Part shown: positions 13,014-25,001 of the stretch, piece after piece
Position numbering within the stretch: position 1 is the first letter of the stretch
Layout: every line of letters begins with the position of its first letter
From: an uncultured Planctomycetota bacterium
GTDB lineage: Bacteria; Planctomycetota; Planctomycetia; Isosphaerales; Isosphaeraceae
Direction: 5' to 3'
Length of the DNA stretch: 64,000 nt
NCBI GenBank assembly: GCA_963823665.1
Contig: CAWGMQ010000010.1
Coordinates: 800,001-864,000, forward strand
Translations under genes and position numbers: made by a program
Notes under the pieces: generated by a model
Seen by the model: only the letters and a program-made list of their open reading frames with translations
Told to the model about the DNA's origin: nothing
Database searches by the model: none

Positions 13014-14274
13014 GTGACAACGACCCGACGCGAACTGTTCCGACTTGGCCTGGGCGGCTCAACCCTCCTGGCGTGCGGCACGACCGTACCGACTTTTCTG
13101 GCGCGGTCGGCACTCGCCCTGGCCGACGGTCCGAAGCGCGAGGCGGGCGGGCCCATCCTCGTCGTCATTCAGCTTGATGGCGGCAACGACGGCCTCAACA
13201 CCGTCGTCCCTCACGGCGACGACATCTACCACAGAAGCCGGCCCAAGCTCGCCTTGAAGGCAAAAGACCTGAAGCCGATCGACGATCACATCGGCTTGCA
13301 CCCGTCGCTCGATGGGTTCGCGAAGCTCCGCGAAGACGGCCGGCTGGCGATCGTGCAGTCGGTCGGCTACCCCAATCCGAACCGCTCGCACTTCGAGTCG
13401 ATGGCCATCTGGCAGACGGCGCGGCTCCATCCGGGCCAGGAAGAACCGGGCTGGCTGGCCCGGGCCATCGACCTGGGTATGAAGCGGCGCCGGGCGGCGA
13501 CGCACCGGGTCTGCATATCGCTGCGGAGGCGCTGCCGCAAGCCTTGCGCGGAGGAAAGCATTTCGTTCCCTCGCTGGCAACCGCCGACCAGCTTCGCCGG
13601 CGCATGGGTGTGCCTGAGCCCGATGGGGCGCATGACCAGCGCTCGGCACTCGACCGGATCGCGAGACGAAGCGCGACGAGCGAGAACCCGTTGCTCCAGT
13701 TCGTCGCACGGAACACCGTCAGTTCCTACGCCAGCAGCGCCCGGCTCGACGCCGTATTTCGAGATCGGTGATGGGGCCGACGACGCGGATTCGTACGCCC
13801 TGGCTCGCCGGTTGCGGATGATCGCCCGGATGATCAAGGCCGGGCTGTCGACGTCGATTTACTACACTCAACTCGGCGGCTTCGATACGCACGCCGAGCA
13901 ACTCAACCAGCACTCCGCGCGGCTTAATCGAGCTAAGTCGCTCGGTCGGGTCGTTCCTGGCCGACATCGAGCGATCAGGCGATGGCGACCGCGTGATCGT
14001 GCTGATCTTTTCCGAGTTCGGCCGTCGCCTGCGCGAAAACGCCAGCGGCGGCACCGACCACGGCACGGCGGCGCCGGTGTTCTTGATCGGCCATCGCGTG
14101 CAGGGCGGCTTGCACGGACCGTACCCCGACCTCGCCGATCTCAGGGACGACGACCCCCAGCACGCGATCGACTTCCGCCGAATTTACGCGACCGCCCTCG
14201 ATCGGTGGTTGAAGCTGCCCGCCGATGGCACGCTCGGAACGCGGTTTGAGCCACTGCCTTTATTTCGCGCTTGA
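13014..14274 (+). CDS. DUF1501 domain protein, Tat-exported (frameshifted)
   Basis: TRRELF signal, QLDGGNDGLNTVVP, YPNPNRSHFESMAIWQ, GGFDTHA, FSEFGRR..ENASGGTDHG; usual partner of DUF1800. Confidence 0.88.
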
Positions 14275-14389
14275 CATCGTCTCCGCGCGCCGGACGAGGT
14301 CACGACCTTCGGCGTTCCGGAACATGCGTCAGTGCGGCGGGTCGTCACAGGGAATTGAGCGGCGCGATGGTTCCGAATGAACCACACCG

Positions 14390-15799
14390 TCAGTCAATGC
14401 GTCGGCCCTGGAAATGGCGCTCGGCGAAGTCGAGATACGCCGTCCAGTCGGCGGGAACCGCCATGTGCCCGCGGCTGTGGTAATGGAAGCCCAGTTCGCC
14501 CGTTGTGACAGGTACGTCGAGGGGCGGCAGCTCGATGACGCCCAGATCTTTTCCCCCGAGCAACCGGTACACGGGACCGGCCGCCACGAGGGCGAGGAAT
14601 TCGCCCTTGGGATCGCTCCACTGGTCGGTAAGGCCGCCATTGACGTAGACCGGCCGCGGGGCGCAGAGCGAGATCAACATGTGCTGATCTACGGGCAGCT
14701 CGTCCCACCGGCCCACCCACTGCTGGAGGTTGCCGGCGAACTGCCAGGGGAAGTTCTGTGCCATATCGTCGAGCGTCTCGCCCCAGTCGCGGCGGATCAA
14801 GGCTGCTCCCATCTCGCCCGAGACGACGGAAAACACCGTCGCAACGCGCTCGTCCTGCGCGGCGGCCCAGAGGACGGTCTTGCCCAGACGCGAAGCGCCG
14901 GTGATGCTGATCCGCTTGGCGTCGACGGCCGGATCGGTTTGCAGGTAGTCGATTGCGCGACTGATGCCCCACGCCCAGGCGCTGATGGTGCCCCATTCCT
15001 CCGCGGCCGGTCGCTTCTGCCCTTCCTTGAGCGTGAGGCCGATAACGCCGTCGGTCCAGCGGTCGGCGCGGTCCGGCTGGATTTCGCCGTAAGGGAGCGA
15101 AGCATAGCCCCAGCCTCGGCCGAGCACCTCCGCCACGGGATCAAAACCGCCTGCGCCGGGCCCGGCCGCCGGATTCGCGGGCGTGGCTTTCCCCGGCGTC
15201 CTGGCCGGCGGCTGTCCGGCCTTTGCGGTTCCCGGACGCGCCGCGGGGAAGCCGAAGGTGATGCTCAGGAGCAGCGGAACCGGGCCGCTCGCCCTGGCCG
15301 GGAGGTAAACGGTGAGGTTCATCCGCGGGCCGTCCGGCTTGCTTCCCATCCGGCCGGTCACGCGTCGCATGACGGCCGCGCCGCCGCGGGCACCGGCGTT
15401 TGTTTCGGCGACCGTCCAGGTCACTGCAGGCGCGTTGGCCGGTACGTGCCCATAGATCTGCTCACGGTAGGATTTCAGAATCTCCGGACGTCGTTCCTTG
15501 AGCCACTGAGCGGCGCTCGCGACGCGCGCTCCGTTCGCAAGAACCAGCGGATCGGGCAAGGTGTAGGCTCGGACTCTTTCCTCGCTGTAGTTCGACACGT
15601 GCCCGGTCGACTTCGCCAGGCGGACCGGGTTGCCGTTGGGATCGCCGCGGCCGATGAAAGGGATGTTGTCAGGATTGCCCCGCGTACCAGGAGCGGGCGG
15701 AGCGGGACCGCCGGTGCGCGTGGCTGGCGGCTGGGCGTGCCCGCTGGCGGAGGCCCACGCGACGAGCATCAAGGCGGCAGCGCAGGTTGGTGTGCGCAT
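14390..15799 (-). CDS. CE15-type glucuronoyl esterase / alpha-beta hydrolase, secreted
   Basis: Signal peptide; YTLPDPL, WGTISAWAWG.SRAIDYL, GASRLGK nucleophile motif, LPVDQHMLISLCAPRP, WSDPKGEF. Confidence 0.85.
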   Translation of the reverse strand: MRTPTCAAALMLVAWASASGHAQPPATRTGGPAPPAPGTRGNPDNIPFIGRGDPNGNPVRLAKSTGHVSNYSEERVRAYTLPDPLVLANGARVASAAQWLKERRPEILKSYREQIYGHVPANAPAVTWTVAETNAGARGGAAVMRRVTGRMGSKPDGPRMNLTVYLPARASGPVPLLLSITFGFPAARPGTAKAGQPPARTPGKATPANPAAGPGAGGFDPVAEVLGRGWGYASLPYGEIQPDRADRWTDGVIGLTLKEGQKRPAAEEWGTISAWAWGISRAIDYLQTDPAVDAKRISITGASRLGKTVLWAAAQDERVATVFSVVSGEMGAALIRRDWGETLDDMAQNFPWQFAGNLQQWVGRWDELPVDQHMLISLCAPRPVYVNGGLTDQWSDPKGEFLALVAAGPVYRLLGGKDLGVIELPPLDVPVTTGELGFHYHSRGHMAVPADWTAYLDFAERHFQGRRID

Positions 15800-16081
15800 C
15801 GGAGCGCTCCTCGGAAGCGGCAGTCGCGGTCATTCATTTTCGCACCCGGCCAATAATACACGCGGAAGTGGCCGCCGGCTACGGTCGCGCCGTCGCGCAC
15901 CAGATGGCCCGGCGCTGCTCGAGGCGTTGGGGACAGCCGAATGGGCGCGAACTGATACGCGCCGGATTCCGAGCCGGAGCGGGAGTTGAGTCACCCGATT
16001 GGCGAACCGTGATGCCCGTGCGCTCGAGTCATGCTAGAATTGGTCGGGATGCTGACCGATGAGGAAGGAAGGAGTGCGATC

Positions 16082-16859
16082 ATGACGATAGTTCAGCGCC
16101 AAGAGCGGCAGCGAAAGCCGCACGCCCGCGAAGTTGAATACCCCAGCGGGGATGGAAAACCCATGGCGGAGACTGAGATCCACCTCGAGGCGATGATCGA
16201 CACCATCCAAACTATCGACGACTTTGTCGAGCTGCGGGCGAATGTGCATGTCGGCGGCAACCTCTTGCTCTACTACGTGGAGGGCGATCGGCGCAAGCAC
16301 ATTTCCCCCGACGTCTTCGTAGCCGTCGGCGTGCCCAAGAAACCGCCACGGGATTACTACCTCGTGTGGAAGGAGGGGAAAGCACCGGACTTCGTCGTCG
16401 AGATCACGTCGAAATCGACCAAACGGACGGATGAGACGAAGAAATTTGAGTTATATCGGGACATCCTCAAGGTGCCGGAGTTGTTTCTGTTTGACCCGAC
16501 CGAGGATTATCTGGATCCGCCGCTCCAGGGCTTCCGGCTGGTCCGGGGGCAATATATACGGATCAAGCCGATCAGTGGCAGACTGCGCAGCCGGATCTTG
16601 GGGCTGCATCTGGAGCGTGAGGGAACGAAGCTCCGTCTGTTCGATCCCGCGACGGGCAAACGATTGCTTACCCGGCTCGAGAGGAGCAAGGCGGCCGAAC
16701 GGCTTGTCGAAGAAGAACGCCGGCGCGCCGACGATGAACGCCGGCGCGCTCGAGGAACAGGAGCGTGCCACAGCCGCGGAGCTCGCGCGACAGCGCCTCG
16801 CCGATGAGAACGAGCGGCTGCGACGCGAGGTCGAGGCACTGAAACGTGGTCGGTCTTAG
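16082..16859 (+). CDS. Uma2 (DUF820) family endonuclease with C-terminal coiled coil (frameshift near 16750)
   Basis: YPSGDGKPMAET, SPDVFV, PDFVVEITSKST, ELFLFDP. Confidence 0.9.
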
Positions 16860-16944
16860 GCGTGCGATCGATGCGTCGAGCGGGCGCCGCTTCGCGGTCA
16901 ACTCCAACTGCTTCAAGGCGAGGTCATGGGCATCGATCAACTCC

Positions 16945-17035
16945 GGCACCACGCTCGAGAATCCCGCGCCAGACGGCCGGCATGCCGGCATAGGCCGCCT
17001 GATAAGTCGGCTCGAGCGGGACGTTGATGTAACGA
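16945..17035 (-). pseudogene. C-terminal relic of a DUF4058-like protein
   Basis: RYINVPLEPTYQAAYAGMPAVWRGILE resembles the DUF4058 C-terminus as recalled; no 5' part present. Confidence 0.5.
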
Positions 17036-17131
17036 CGTCTCGTCGTGCTCGCCGTGGTGGCACTTCGGGAACTTCTCGCGAGCTGGCATCGCCTGTCGCC
17101 TTCCGCCTTCCCGGCGAATATCATTGGCGTC

Positions 17132-17686
17132 ATGAACGAGGTCACTCGCTTCTTGAATGCGGCTGCGCAAGGCGACGCAAACGCGGCGGCGCAGCTATTG
17201 CCGCTGGTTTACGACGAGCTGCGCAGGCTGGCCGCGGCCAAGATGGCCAGGGAACGGCCTGATCACACGCTCGAAGCCACCGCATTAGTGCACGAGGCCT
17301 ACCTTCGTCTCGTCGGCGATCGCGCTTACGCCGATCATCGGCACTTCTTCCGCGTCGCCGCCGAAGCGATGCGTCAAATCCTCATCGACCGAGCCCGACA
17401 TCACCGTCGAGCGCGACATGGAGGAGACAGGCAACGAGTTCCGCTTGGCGAGGCCGGGCCTGTCGTCGAGGCACAGCCGGACGAGCTGCTGGCGCTGGAC
17501 GAAGCCCTGGAACGATTCTCCGTGGTCGATCCGCTCAAGGCGGAACTGGTGAAACTCCGCTACTTTGGTGGTCTTTCGGAACAAGAAGCGGCTCTAACCC
17601 TCGGCATCTCTCGGGCCACGGCGAGCCGCTACTGGACGTTTGCGCGTGCCTGGCTGATCAACGCGATCGATGGAAAAATCGAATAG
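17132..17686 (+). CDS. ECF sigma factor, TIGR02999-type (kinase-associated)
   Basis: [58 protein letters not shown]. Confidence 0.92.
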   Translation: MNEVTRFLNAAAQGDANAAAQLLPLVYDELRRLAAAKMARERPDHTLEATALVHEAYLRLVGDRAYADHRHFFRVAAEAMRQILIDRARHHRRARHGGDRQRVPLGEAGPVVEAQPDELLALDEALERFSVVDPLKAELVKLRYFGGLSEQEAALTLGISRATASRYWTFARAWLINAIDGKIE

Positions 17687-17764
17687 TTTTCGTCCGCGAT
17701 GAGGCGCGCGAGCCGGAAAAGTCGCTTATCGGAAAGAAGCGAGTTTTGAGCGAAGGACCAAACC

Positions 17765-20700
17765 ATGCCCGAGACCGCCGATCGCACTGAATCTCTGTTC
17801 GCCGGCGCCGTGGCGCTGCTGCCCGAGGAACGTGGGGCGTATCTGGAACGCGAATGCGCCGGCGACGCAGCCCTGCACGACCGGCTGCTAGCTTTGCTCA
17901 GAGCCCATGACCGTGCCGGCCAGGTGATCGACCGGCCTGTAAACGGCGACCCGGACCAAACGGCGGGGTATTCCCGGACGAGCGAACAGCCTGGCACCAT
18001 CATCGCCGGGCGCTACAAGCTGCTCGAGGAGATTGGCCAGGGGGGCATGGGGACGGTCTGGGCGGCCGAGCAGACTGCCCCCGTTCGCCGAAAGGTTGCT
18101 CTCAAGCTCATCAAGGCCGGAATGGATTCACGTGCGGTTCTGGCTCGGTTCGAGGCCGAACGCCAGGCGCTGGCGCTCATGGACCACGCGAATATCGCCA
18201 AGGTTTTGGACGGTGGACTAACCGATTCGGGGCGGCCCTATTTCGTGATGGAATACGTCAAGGGCGTGCCGATCACCGACTATTGCGACGCCACGCGACT
18301 CAGCGTCGAGGAACGGTTGAACCTGTTCGTTCAGGTCTGCTCCGCACTGCAGCACGCTCACCAGAAAGGGATTATTCACCGTGACCTGAAGCCCTCGAAC
18401 ATCCTGGTCGCGCCTTATGACGATAAGCCGGTACCCAAGGTGATCGACTTCGGTCTGGCCAAGGCGATGCATCAATCGCTGACCGAGAAGACGCTGTACA
18501 CCGCTCATGAAACGGTGCTGGGCACACCGCTCTACATGTCGCCGGAGCAGGCCCAGCTCAATAATCTCGACGTCGATACGCGGTCGGATATCTATTCACT
18601 GGGTGTCTTGCTCTACGAACTCTTGACTGGTACGACGCCGCTGGAGCGACAGCGGTTCAAGGAGGCCGCATGGGACGAGATTCGGCGGATGATCCGTGAG
18701 GAGGAACCGCAGCGGCCGAGTATTCGCTTAAGTTCGACCGACACGCTCCCGTCGTTAGCGACATTCCGTCATACGGAGCCGGCGAAGCTCAAGAAGTTAG
18801 TCCGCGGCGAGCTCGACTGGATCGTCATGAAGGCGCTGGAGAAAGACCGGACTCGACGTTACGAGACGGCGAGCGGTCTCGCCCGTGACATCCAGCGTTA
18901 CCTGGACGACGAGGTTGTCGAAGCGCGTCCGCCGAGCACTGGCTACCGGTTTGGCAAGTTCGTGCGCCGGCATCGAGCGCAGGTGATCGGCGCGGGCTTG
19001 GTATTGCTCGTCTTGCTCGCGGGCATCGCCGGCACGACCTGGGGGTTGGTCCGGGAGGCGCGTGCCACGACACGACTCGCGGAATCACTCCTCCGGGAGC
19101 GGAAGGCGAACGTCGACCTGTCGGCTGCCAACGCCAAGGTACAGGCCCGATACAACCTGGCCGTCGATGCGATCAAGACTTTCCACACGGGGGTGAGCGA
19201 AGACTTTCTGCTCAAGGAAGAGAAGTTCAAGGGCCTGCGCAACCGACTGCTCAAGTCGGCATCGGACTTTTACGGCAAGCTCGGGGCTCTTCTGGGCAAC
19301 GAGACCGACGTCGGTTCGCGGCGGGCGCTGGCGCGATCGAACTTCGAGCTGGCCCGGCTGACCGAGCAGGTCGGGCGGAAGGAGGATGCGCTGGCGGCGC
19401 ATCGGTCGGTGCTGGCGGCGAGGGAGTCGATGGCGGCGGAGCCGGGGGCCGACATCGAGACGAAGGTCGAGGTCGGCCGGAGCTTGACCGAGGTTACCTC
19501 CTTGCTCGACTTGATGGGAAAGGCAGACGAAGCCGTGGCGGTGTACCGGCGGTTGGAGTCGCTGCTGGCGGGCCCGGCGGGTTCGGACCCAGCGGCGCGA
19601 GCGGCGCTGGCCGGCTGCTGCACGCGGTTGGCCCGGGTTCTGGAACACGCGGGACAGCCCACCGAGGCGCTGGCGGCTTGCCTGCGGGCGCGGGCCAACC
19701 TGGAGGCGCTGGCCGCCGCCCCCGGGGGGTCTAACGACGTCCGCCGCGATCTGGCCGAAACGGTCCACCAAATTGCCTGCTACTTGTGGTACACGGGCAA
19801 GCTCGCGGAGGCCGCGAACGAGTTCCGCGCGGCGCTGGCGATCGACCAGAAGCTGGCAGACGAAAACCCCGCCGTGCCGGAGTTCCGCTTCAACCGGGCG
19901 CGAAGGCACGATTTCCTCGGCAAAATCTTGTCGGACATGGGCAAGCCGGCGGACGCGGAGGTCGAACTCCGCAGGGCACTGGCGCTCTACCAGGAGCTTG
20001 TGAACGGAAACCCCGCGGTCACCGTTTTCCGCAGGAACCTGGCGGTCACCCGGCTGTGCATCGGCACTCTGCTGTTGGAGACCGGCAAGCCGGTGGAAGC
20101 GGAGGCTGAGCTCCGAATGGCGCTTCAGATCGAGCAGAAGCTGGTGGACGAAGACCCGGGCGACATCTACTTCCGCTGCGGCCTTGCGGAATGCGACACG
20201 AAACTCGGGCGGCTGCTGTTGCAGATGGGCAAGCCGGTGGAGGCGGAGGCCGAATGCCGGGCGGCGGTGGCGATCTGGCAGAAGCTGGTGGAGGACACAC
20301 CTGGCGTCGCCCTGTACCGTTGCATGCTCGCCCAGTCGGTCCAGAACCTCGGCGACGTGGGCCGTTCGTCCGGCCGGTTCGCCGAGGCCAGGGGGTATTA
20401 CGAACGGGCAATCGGCTTGGAGGAACCGCAGGTCCGGGCGGAACCGACGATCACGGTGCACCGCTATGACCTGGCCTGTTTGATTCGACGGCGCGGGCTG
20501 ACGCTCGTTGATCTTGGCGACGTCGCCGGCGCGGCCGAGGACATCCGGCGCGCGCTCAGGACTCTCGACGGGCTGCCGTTGCTGTCGGCCGGGGAGCTCT
20601 TCCAGAAGGCTTGCTGTCACGCGACACTGGCGGGCCTGGCCGGACGGCCCGGATCGGGTGTCTCGGCGGTCGACGGGGAGGAAGCGGCCGCCAAGGCGAC

Positions 20701-20854
20701 GGAGTGTCTGGGCCGGGCTACCGCCAAGGGCTACCGAAACGCCAACGAACTCCGCATCGAGTCGGCGCTCGACCCGGTCCGCAACCGCCCCGACTTCAAG
20801 AAGCTGATGGCCGAGCTGGAGAAGAAATTCCCGGGCCAACAAGAGAAGAAGTGA
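17765..20854 (+). CDS. Ser/Thr protein kinase with TM helix and TPR repeats
   Basis: [36 protein letters not shown]; repeated G...EAE.E.R.AL...QKL helices. Confidence 0.93.
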   Translation: MPETADRTESLFAGAVALLPEERGAYLERECAGDAALHDRLLALLRAHDRAGQVIDRPVNGDPDQTAGYSRTSEQPGTIIAGRYKLLEEIGQGGMGTVWAAEQTAPVRRKVALKLIKAGMDSRAVLARFEAERQALALMDHANIAKVLDGGLTDSGRPYFVMEYVKGVPITDYCDATRLSVEERLNLFVQVCSALQHAHQKGIIHRDLKPSNILVAPYDDKPVPKVIDFGLAKAMHQSLTEKTLYTAHETVLGTPLYMSPEQAQLNNLDVDTRSDIYSLGVLLYELLTGTTPLERQRFKEAAWDEIRRMIREEEPQRPSIRLSSTDTLPSLATFRHTEPAKLKKLVRGELDWIVMKALEKDRTRRYETASGLARDIQRYLDDEVVEARPPSTGYRFGKFVRRHRAQVIGAGLVLLVLLAGIAGTTWGLVREARATTRLAESLLRERKANVDLSAANAKVQARYNLAVDAIKTFHTGVSEDFLLKEEKFKGLRNRLLKSASDFYGKLGALLGNETDVGSRRALARSNFELARLTEQVGRKEDALAAHRSVLAARESMAAEPGADIETKVEVGRSLTEVTSLLDLMGKADEAVAVYRRLESLLAGPAGSDPAARAALAGCCTRLARVLEHAGQPTEALAACLRARANLEALAAAPGGSNDVRRDLAETVHQIACYLWYTGKLAEAANEFRAALAIDQKLADENPAVPEFRFNRARRHDFLGKILSDMGKPADAEVELRRALALYQELVNGNPAVTVFRRNLAVTRLCIGTLLLETGKPVEAEAELRMALQIEQKLVDEDPGDIYFRCGLAECDTKLGRLLLQMGKPVEAEAECRAAVAIWQKLVEDTPGVALYRCMLAQSVQNLGDVGRSSGRFAEARGYYERAIGLEEPQVRAEPTITVHRYDLACLIRRRGLTLVDLGDVAGAAEDIRRALRTLDGLPLLSAGELFQKACCHATLAGLAGRPGSGVSAVDGEEAAAKATECLGRATAKGYRNANELRIESALDPVRNRPDFKKLMAELEKKFPGQQEKK

Positions 20855-20890
20855 CGTCGAGAGGTGTCAGAATCTCCGAAGGAGCAAACC

Positions 20891-23800
20891 ATGCCCGAGA
20901 CCGCCGATCGCATCGAATCGCTTTTCGCCGGCGCCGTGGCGCTGCCGCACGAGGAACGTGGGGCGTATCTGGAGCGCGAATGCTCCGGCGACCCAGCCGT
21001 GCGAGAGCGCGTAATGGCTCTGCTCAGAGCCCATGATTGTGCGGGTCACGTGATCGACCGGCCCGTAAACGGCGACCAGGGCCAAACCGCGGCGTACGCT
21101 CCGACGAGCGAACAACCCGGTACGATCATCGCCGGACGCTACAAGTTGCTCGAGGAGATCGGGCAGGGGGGCATGGGGACGGTCTGGGCGGCCGAGCAGA
21201 CTACGCCCGTTCGGCGCAAGGTTGCTCTCAAGCTGATCAAGGCGGGAATGGATTCGCGGAGCGTTCTGGCTCGGTTCGAGGCGGAACGGCAGGCGCTGGC
21301 GCTCATGGACCACCCGAATATTGCCAAGGTCCTGGACGGCGGACTGACCGAGTCGGGCCGGCCCTATTTCGTGATGGAATACGTCAAGGGTGTGCCGATC
21401 ACCGAGTATTGTGACGCCACGCGACTGAGCATCAAGGAACGGTTAAACCTCTTCACCCAGGTCTGCGCCGCGCTTCAGCACGCGCACCAGAAAGGGATTA
21501 TTCACCGGGACTTGAAGCCCTCAAACATCCTGGTCGCGCCTTATGACGACAAGGCGGTCCCCAAGGTGATCGACTTCGGGCTGGCCAAGGCGATGCATCA
21601 ATCGCTGACCGAGAAAACGTTGTACACAGCCCATGAGACAGTGCTGGGCACACCGCTTTATATGTCGCCGGAGCAGGCCCAGCTCAATAACCTCGACGCC
21701 GATACGCGCTCGGATATCTATTCACTGGGTGTCTTGCTCTACGAACTCTTGACCGGGACGACGCCGCTGGAACGACAGCGGTTCAAGGAGGCCGCTTGGG
21801 ACGAGATCCGGCGGATGATTCGGGAGGAGGAACCGCCGCGGCCGAGCATGCGATTGAGCTCGACGGATACGTTGCCTTCGCTCGCGACATTCCGTCATAC
21901 GGAGCCTGCGAAGCTCATGAAGCTGGTGCGCGGGGAGCTCGACTGGATCGTCATGAAGGCGCTCGAGAAGGACAGGGCTCGACGGTACGAAACGGCGAGC
22001 GGTCTCGTCCGCGACATTAAGCGTTACCTGGACGACGAGGTTGTCGAAGCGCGTCCGCCCAGCACCGGCTATCGGTTCAGGAAATTCGTCCGCCGACACA
22101 GGGGGCAGGTAATTGCCGCGGGATTGCTGATCGTTGTCTTGCTGGCTGGTGTGGTGGGGACGACCTTGGGATTAGTCCGGGAGGCGCGTGCCAACGCCCG
22201 ACTGGCGGCATCGCTCGCCCGCGAGCGGAAGACGAACGCCGACCTGGCCGCTGCCAACGCCAAGGTCGAGGCGCGTTACAACCTGGCCGTCGAGGCCATC
22301 AAGACGTTCCACACGGGGGTGAGCGAGGATTTTCTGCTCAAGGAAGAGAAGTTTAAAGACCTGCGCAACCGGCTTTTGAAGTCAGCCCAGGACTTTTACC
22401 AAAAGCTCGCCAAATCGGTCGGGAATGCGACCGAGCGGGAATCCCGGCGCGCGCTGGCCGCATCGAACTTTGATCTGGCCGCGCTGACCGAGAAGGTGGG
22501 ACGCAAGGACGACGCGCTCGCGGCACACAGGGCTGTACTGGCGGCACGAGAGGAGCTAGCGGACGAGTCGGAGCCTGACGCCGAGAGCAAGGCCGACGTT
22601 GGCCGGAGCCTGACAGCGGTCGCCGCCCTGCTCGACGACACCGGTAAGAAGGGCGAGGCGCTCGAGGCCTACCGCCGTGCGGAATCCGTGCTGGGCGGGC
22701 TGGCGGGCGCGGATCCCGCGGCGCAAGCCGCGCTAGCGAACTGTCGCACGAGGATGGCACACTTGCTGCTGGCAGAGGGCCGGGCGGACGAGGCCCTGGC
22801 AGCCTGCCGGCAGGCTCGGGTCGCCCAGGAAGCGCTGGCGGCGGCTCCCGGGACCTCGAACGACGCCCGCCGCGACCTCGCGGCCACGATCAACGAAATC
22901 GGCATCGTGCTGCGAGGGAGGGGCAAGTTCGCTGAGGCAGAGGCTGAGTGCCGCGGCGCCCAGGCGATTTTGCGGAAGCTGGTCGACGAGAACCCCACCG
23001 TTGCCGAGAACCGCGGCAGTCTGGCGTCCAGCTACCATCTCCTCGGCGGCCTCCTGGCACAGCTCGGCAAAACAACGAGGCGGAGGCGGAGTATCACCAG
23101 GCGTTGCGCATGTTGCAACGGCTGGCGGACGAGCACCCGGCTGTCACGCGATTTCGACGGAATCTGTCGATTGCTCATCGTTCGCTCGGCAGCTTGCTGA
23201 CCTGGGCCGGCAAGCCGGCTGAGGCCGAGATCGAGCTGCGCACGGCGCTGGCGACCGACCGGAAGCTGGCGGATGAGAACCTGGCAGTCACTGAATTCCG
23301 CGAGCGCCTCGCATCCAGTCACCAGGGACTCGGTGACTGGCTATGGATGGCCGGCAAACCGGCTGAGGCCGAGGCCGAATTCGCGCGGCTCAAGTGATCT
23401 ATCGGCAACTGGCCGACAGCAACCCCGCCGCCGTTGGGTTCCGGGGAGCCCTGGCGAACGGTCACCGCCAGCTCGGGCTCCTGGTGGAGCAGACCGGCAA
23501 GCTGCGGGAGGCCGAGGCCGAGTATCGGAGTGCGATTTCGATTTATCGCGAGCTGGCCACCGAGAACCCAACCGACACCCAATTCCGCAACCACCTGGCG
23601 GAGAGCCACGCCAGCCTCGGCAGCGCGCTTGTACTCTGTGGTCCGCCGGCAGAAGCGGAGGCCGAGCTCCGCGCGGCGATGGCGATCTATCAGAGGCTCG
23701 CGGACGATGATCCCGCCGATGCGCGAGTCCGCAGCGCCCTCGCGAAAACCCACAAGGACATCGGCTTCCTGCTCTGGGTGATGGGCAAGCCGGTGGACGC

Positions 23801-24407
23801 GGAGGCCGAGTACCAGAGGGCGATCGTGATCCTTGAGAAGCTGCTGCATGATCAACCCGGCGAACCCCTTATCCGCCAGCGCCTCGTCACGTCCCTGAAC
23901 TACCTCGGCGGATTGCACCGCTGGGCCAATCGGGCTGCCGAGGCCAGGGGCGTCTATGAACGGGCGATCGCCCTGAATGAACCGACGGTCCGCTCGAATC
24001 CCACCGAATTGACGAATCGCCTCCAATTGCTCTGGTCGATCCGGGGGCGCGGGCTTACCCTCGGCCACCAGGGGGACGCCACGGCGGCGGCGGCGGAGAC
24101 TCGCCGGGCGCTGGCAATGTGCGATGGACTGCCGACGACGGGCTGGGCCCTTGTGGAAACCGCCTGCTGTCACGCGGCGCTGGCTGGCCTGGCCGGGCGG
24201 GATCGATCGGGGATCTCGGCGGAGGAGGGAGAGGCCGAGGCCACCCGGGCAATGGAACTGCTGCGCCGGGCCTTCACCGTGGGTTACCGGCATTTCCACG
24301 CGATCCGGATCGAGACGGCCCTCGACCCGCTGCGCAAACGCGACGACTTCAAAAAACTGATGGCGGAGTTGGAGAAGGCGCCCCCACCACAGCATGAGAA
24401 GAAGTGA
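20891..24407 (+). CDS. Ser/Thr protein kinase with TPR repeats, tandem paralog of the preceding gene (frameshifts near 23070 and 23390)
   Basis: Near-identical N-terminus (MPETADRIESLFAGAVAL) and kinase domain; same C-terminal ALDPLR.R.DFKKLMAELEK. Confidence 0.88.
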
Positions 24408-24526
24408 AGTCGCAGTCGCCAGCGGAACTCGCGTCGTCAATAGTCAACAATCATTGCAGCCCGGCAGTGTCTTGCTTGGTCAGCTTGACGATTGGCCACG
24501 CGCGCGAGTGGTTCCTTCAAGCATCG

Positions 24527-24904
24527 CTAATCCTTGACCCGCTTTGCTTCCCAGTCGGCCGAGACGCATTGATCCGGGAGCACGATCGTGGCCGAGCCCT
24601 TGACGGTATCGCCTACGAGCTTGCCTTGGTACATGTGCACCATGCGCTTTCCACCGGGAGTTTTGCCGGGCACGCGGAACGAGATCGCGCCGTCCTTGAA
24701 GATGCCGTCTTCGACTTTCAAGTCCCCGGCTTTGCGAACCATCACGCCGGTCACCTTGTCCCCTTCCAGCTTCAACTTGAGCGTGCCTACACCCCTCGGG
24801 GTGGTCCAGTTCCAGGTTCCGGTCGGATCGTCGTCGTCAGCTCGAGCCAAGCCCACAAGGCCCGTGCACGCTACAACCAGGGCCGCTACTCGCAATCGCC
24901 GCAT
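24527..24904 (-). CDS. Secreted hypothetical protein
   Basis: Signal peptide ending ARA; DPTGTWNW..LKLKLEGDKVTG; AGGAGG RBS. Confidence 0.75.
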   Translation of the reverse strand: MRRLRVAALVVACTGLVGLARADDDDPTGTWNWTTPRGVGTLKLKLEGDKVTGVMVRKAGDLKVEDGIFKDGAISFRVPGKTPGGKRMVHMYQGKLVGDTVKGSATIVLPDQCVSADWEAKRVKD

Positions 24905-25001
24905 CGATGAACCTCCTTAAAAGCGCAGTGCGAACGCGCTCATCACCGGATGAGCAAATCCACCCTGCTTGAGACAGGATTTGTGAGCGTGCAGCCGATC
25001 C

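Noticed and set aside
14414..15856. Long antisense ORFs (also 19085-20842, 51018-52481, 52354-53964, 54094-55458, 61862-62881)
   Set aside because: Shadow frames opposite clearly recognisable genes in high-GC DNA
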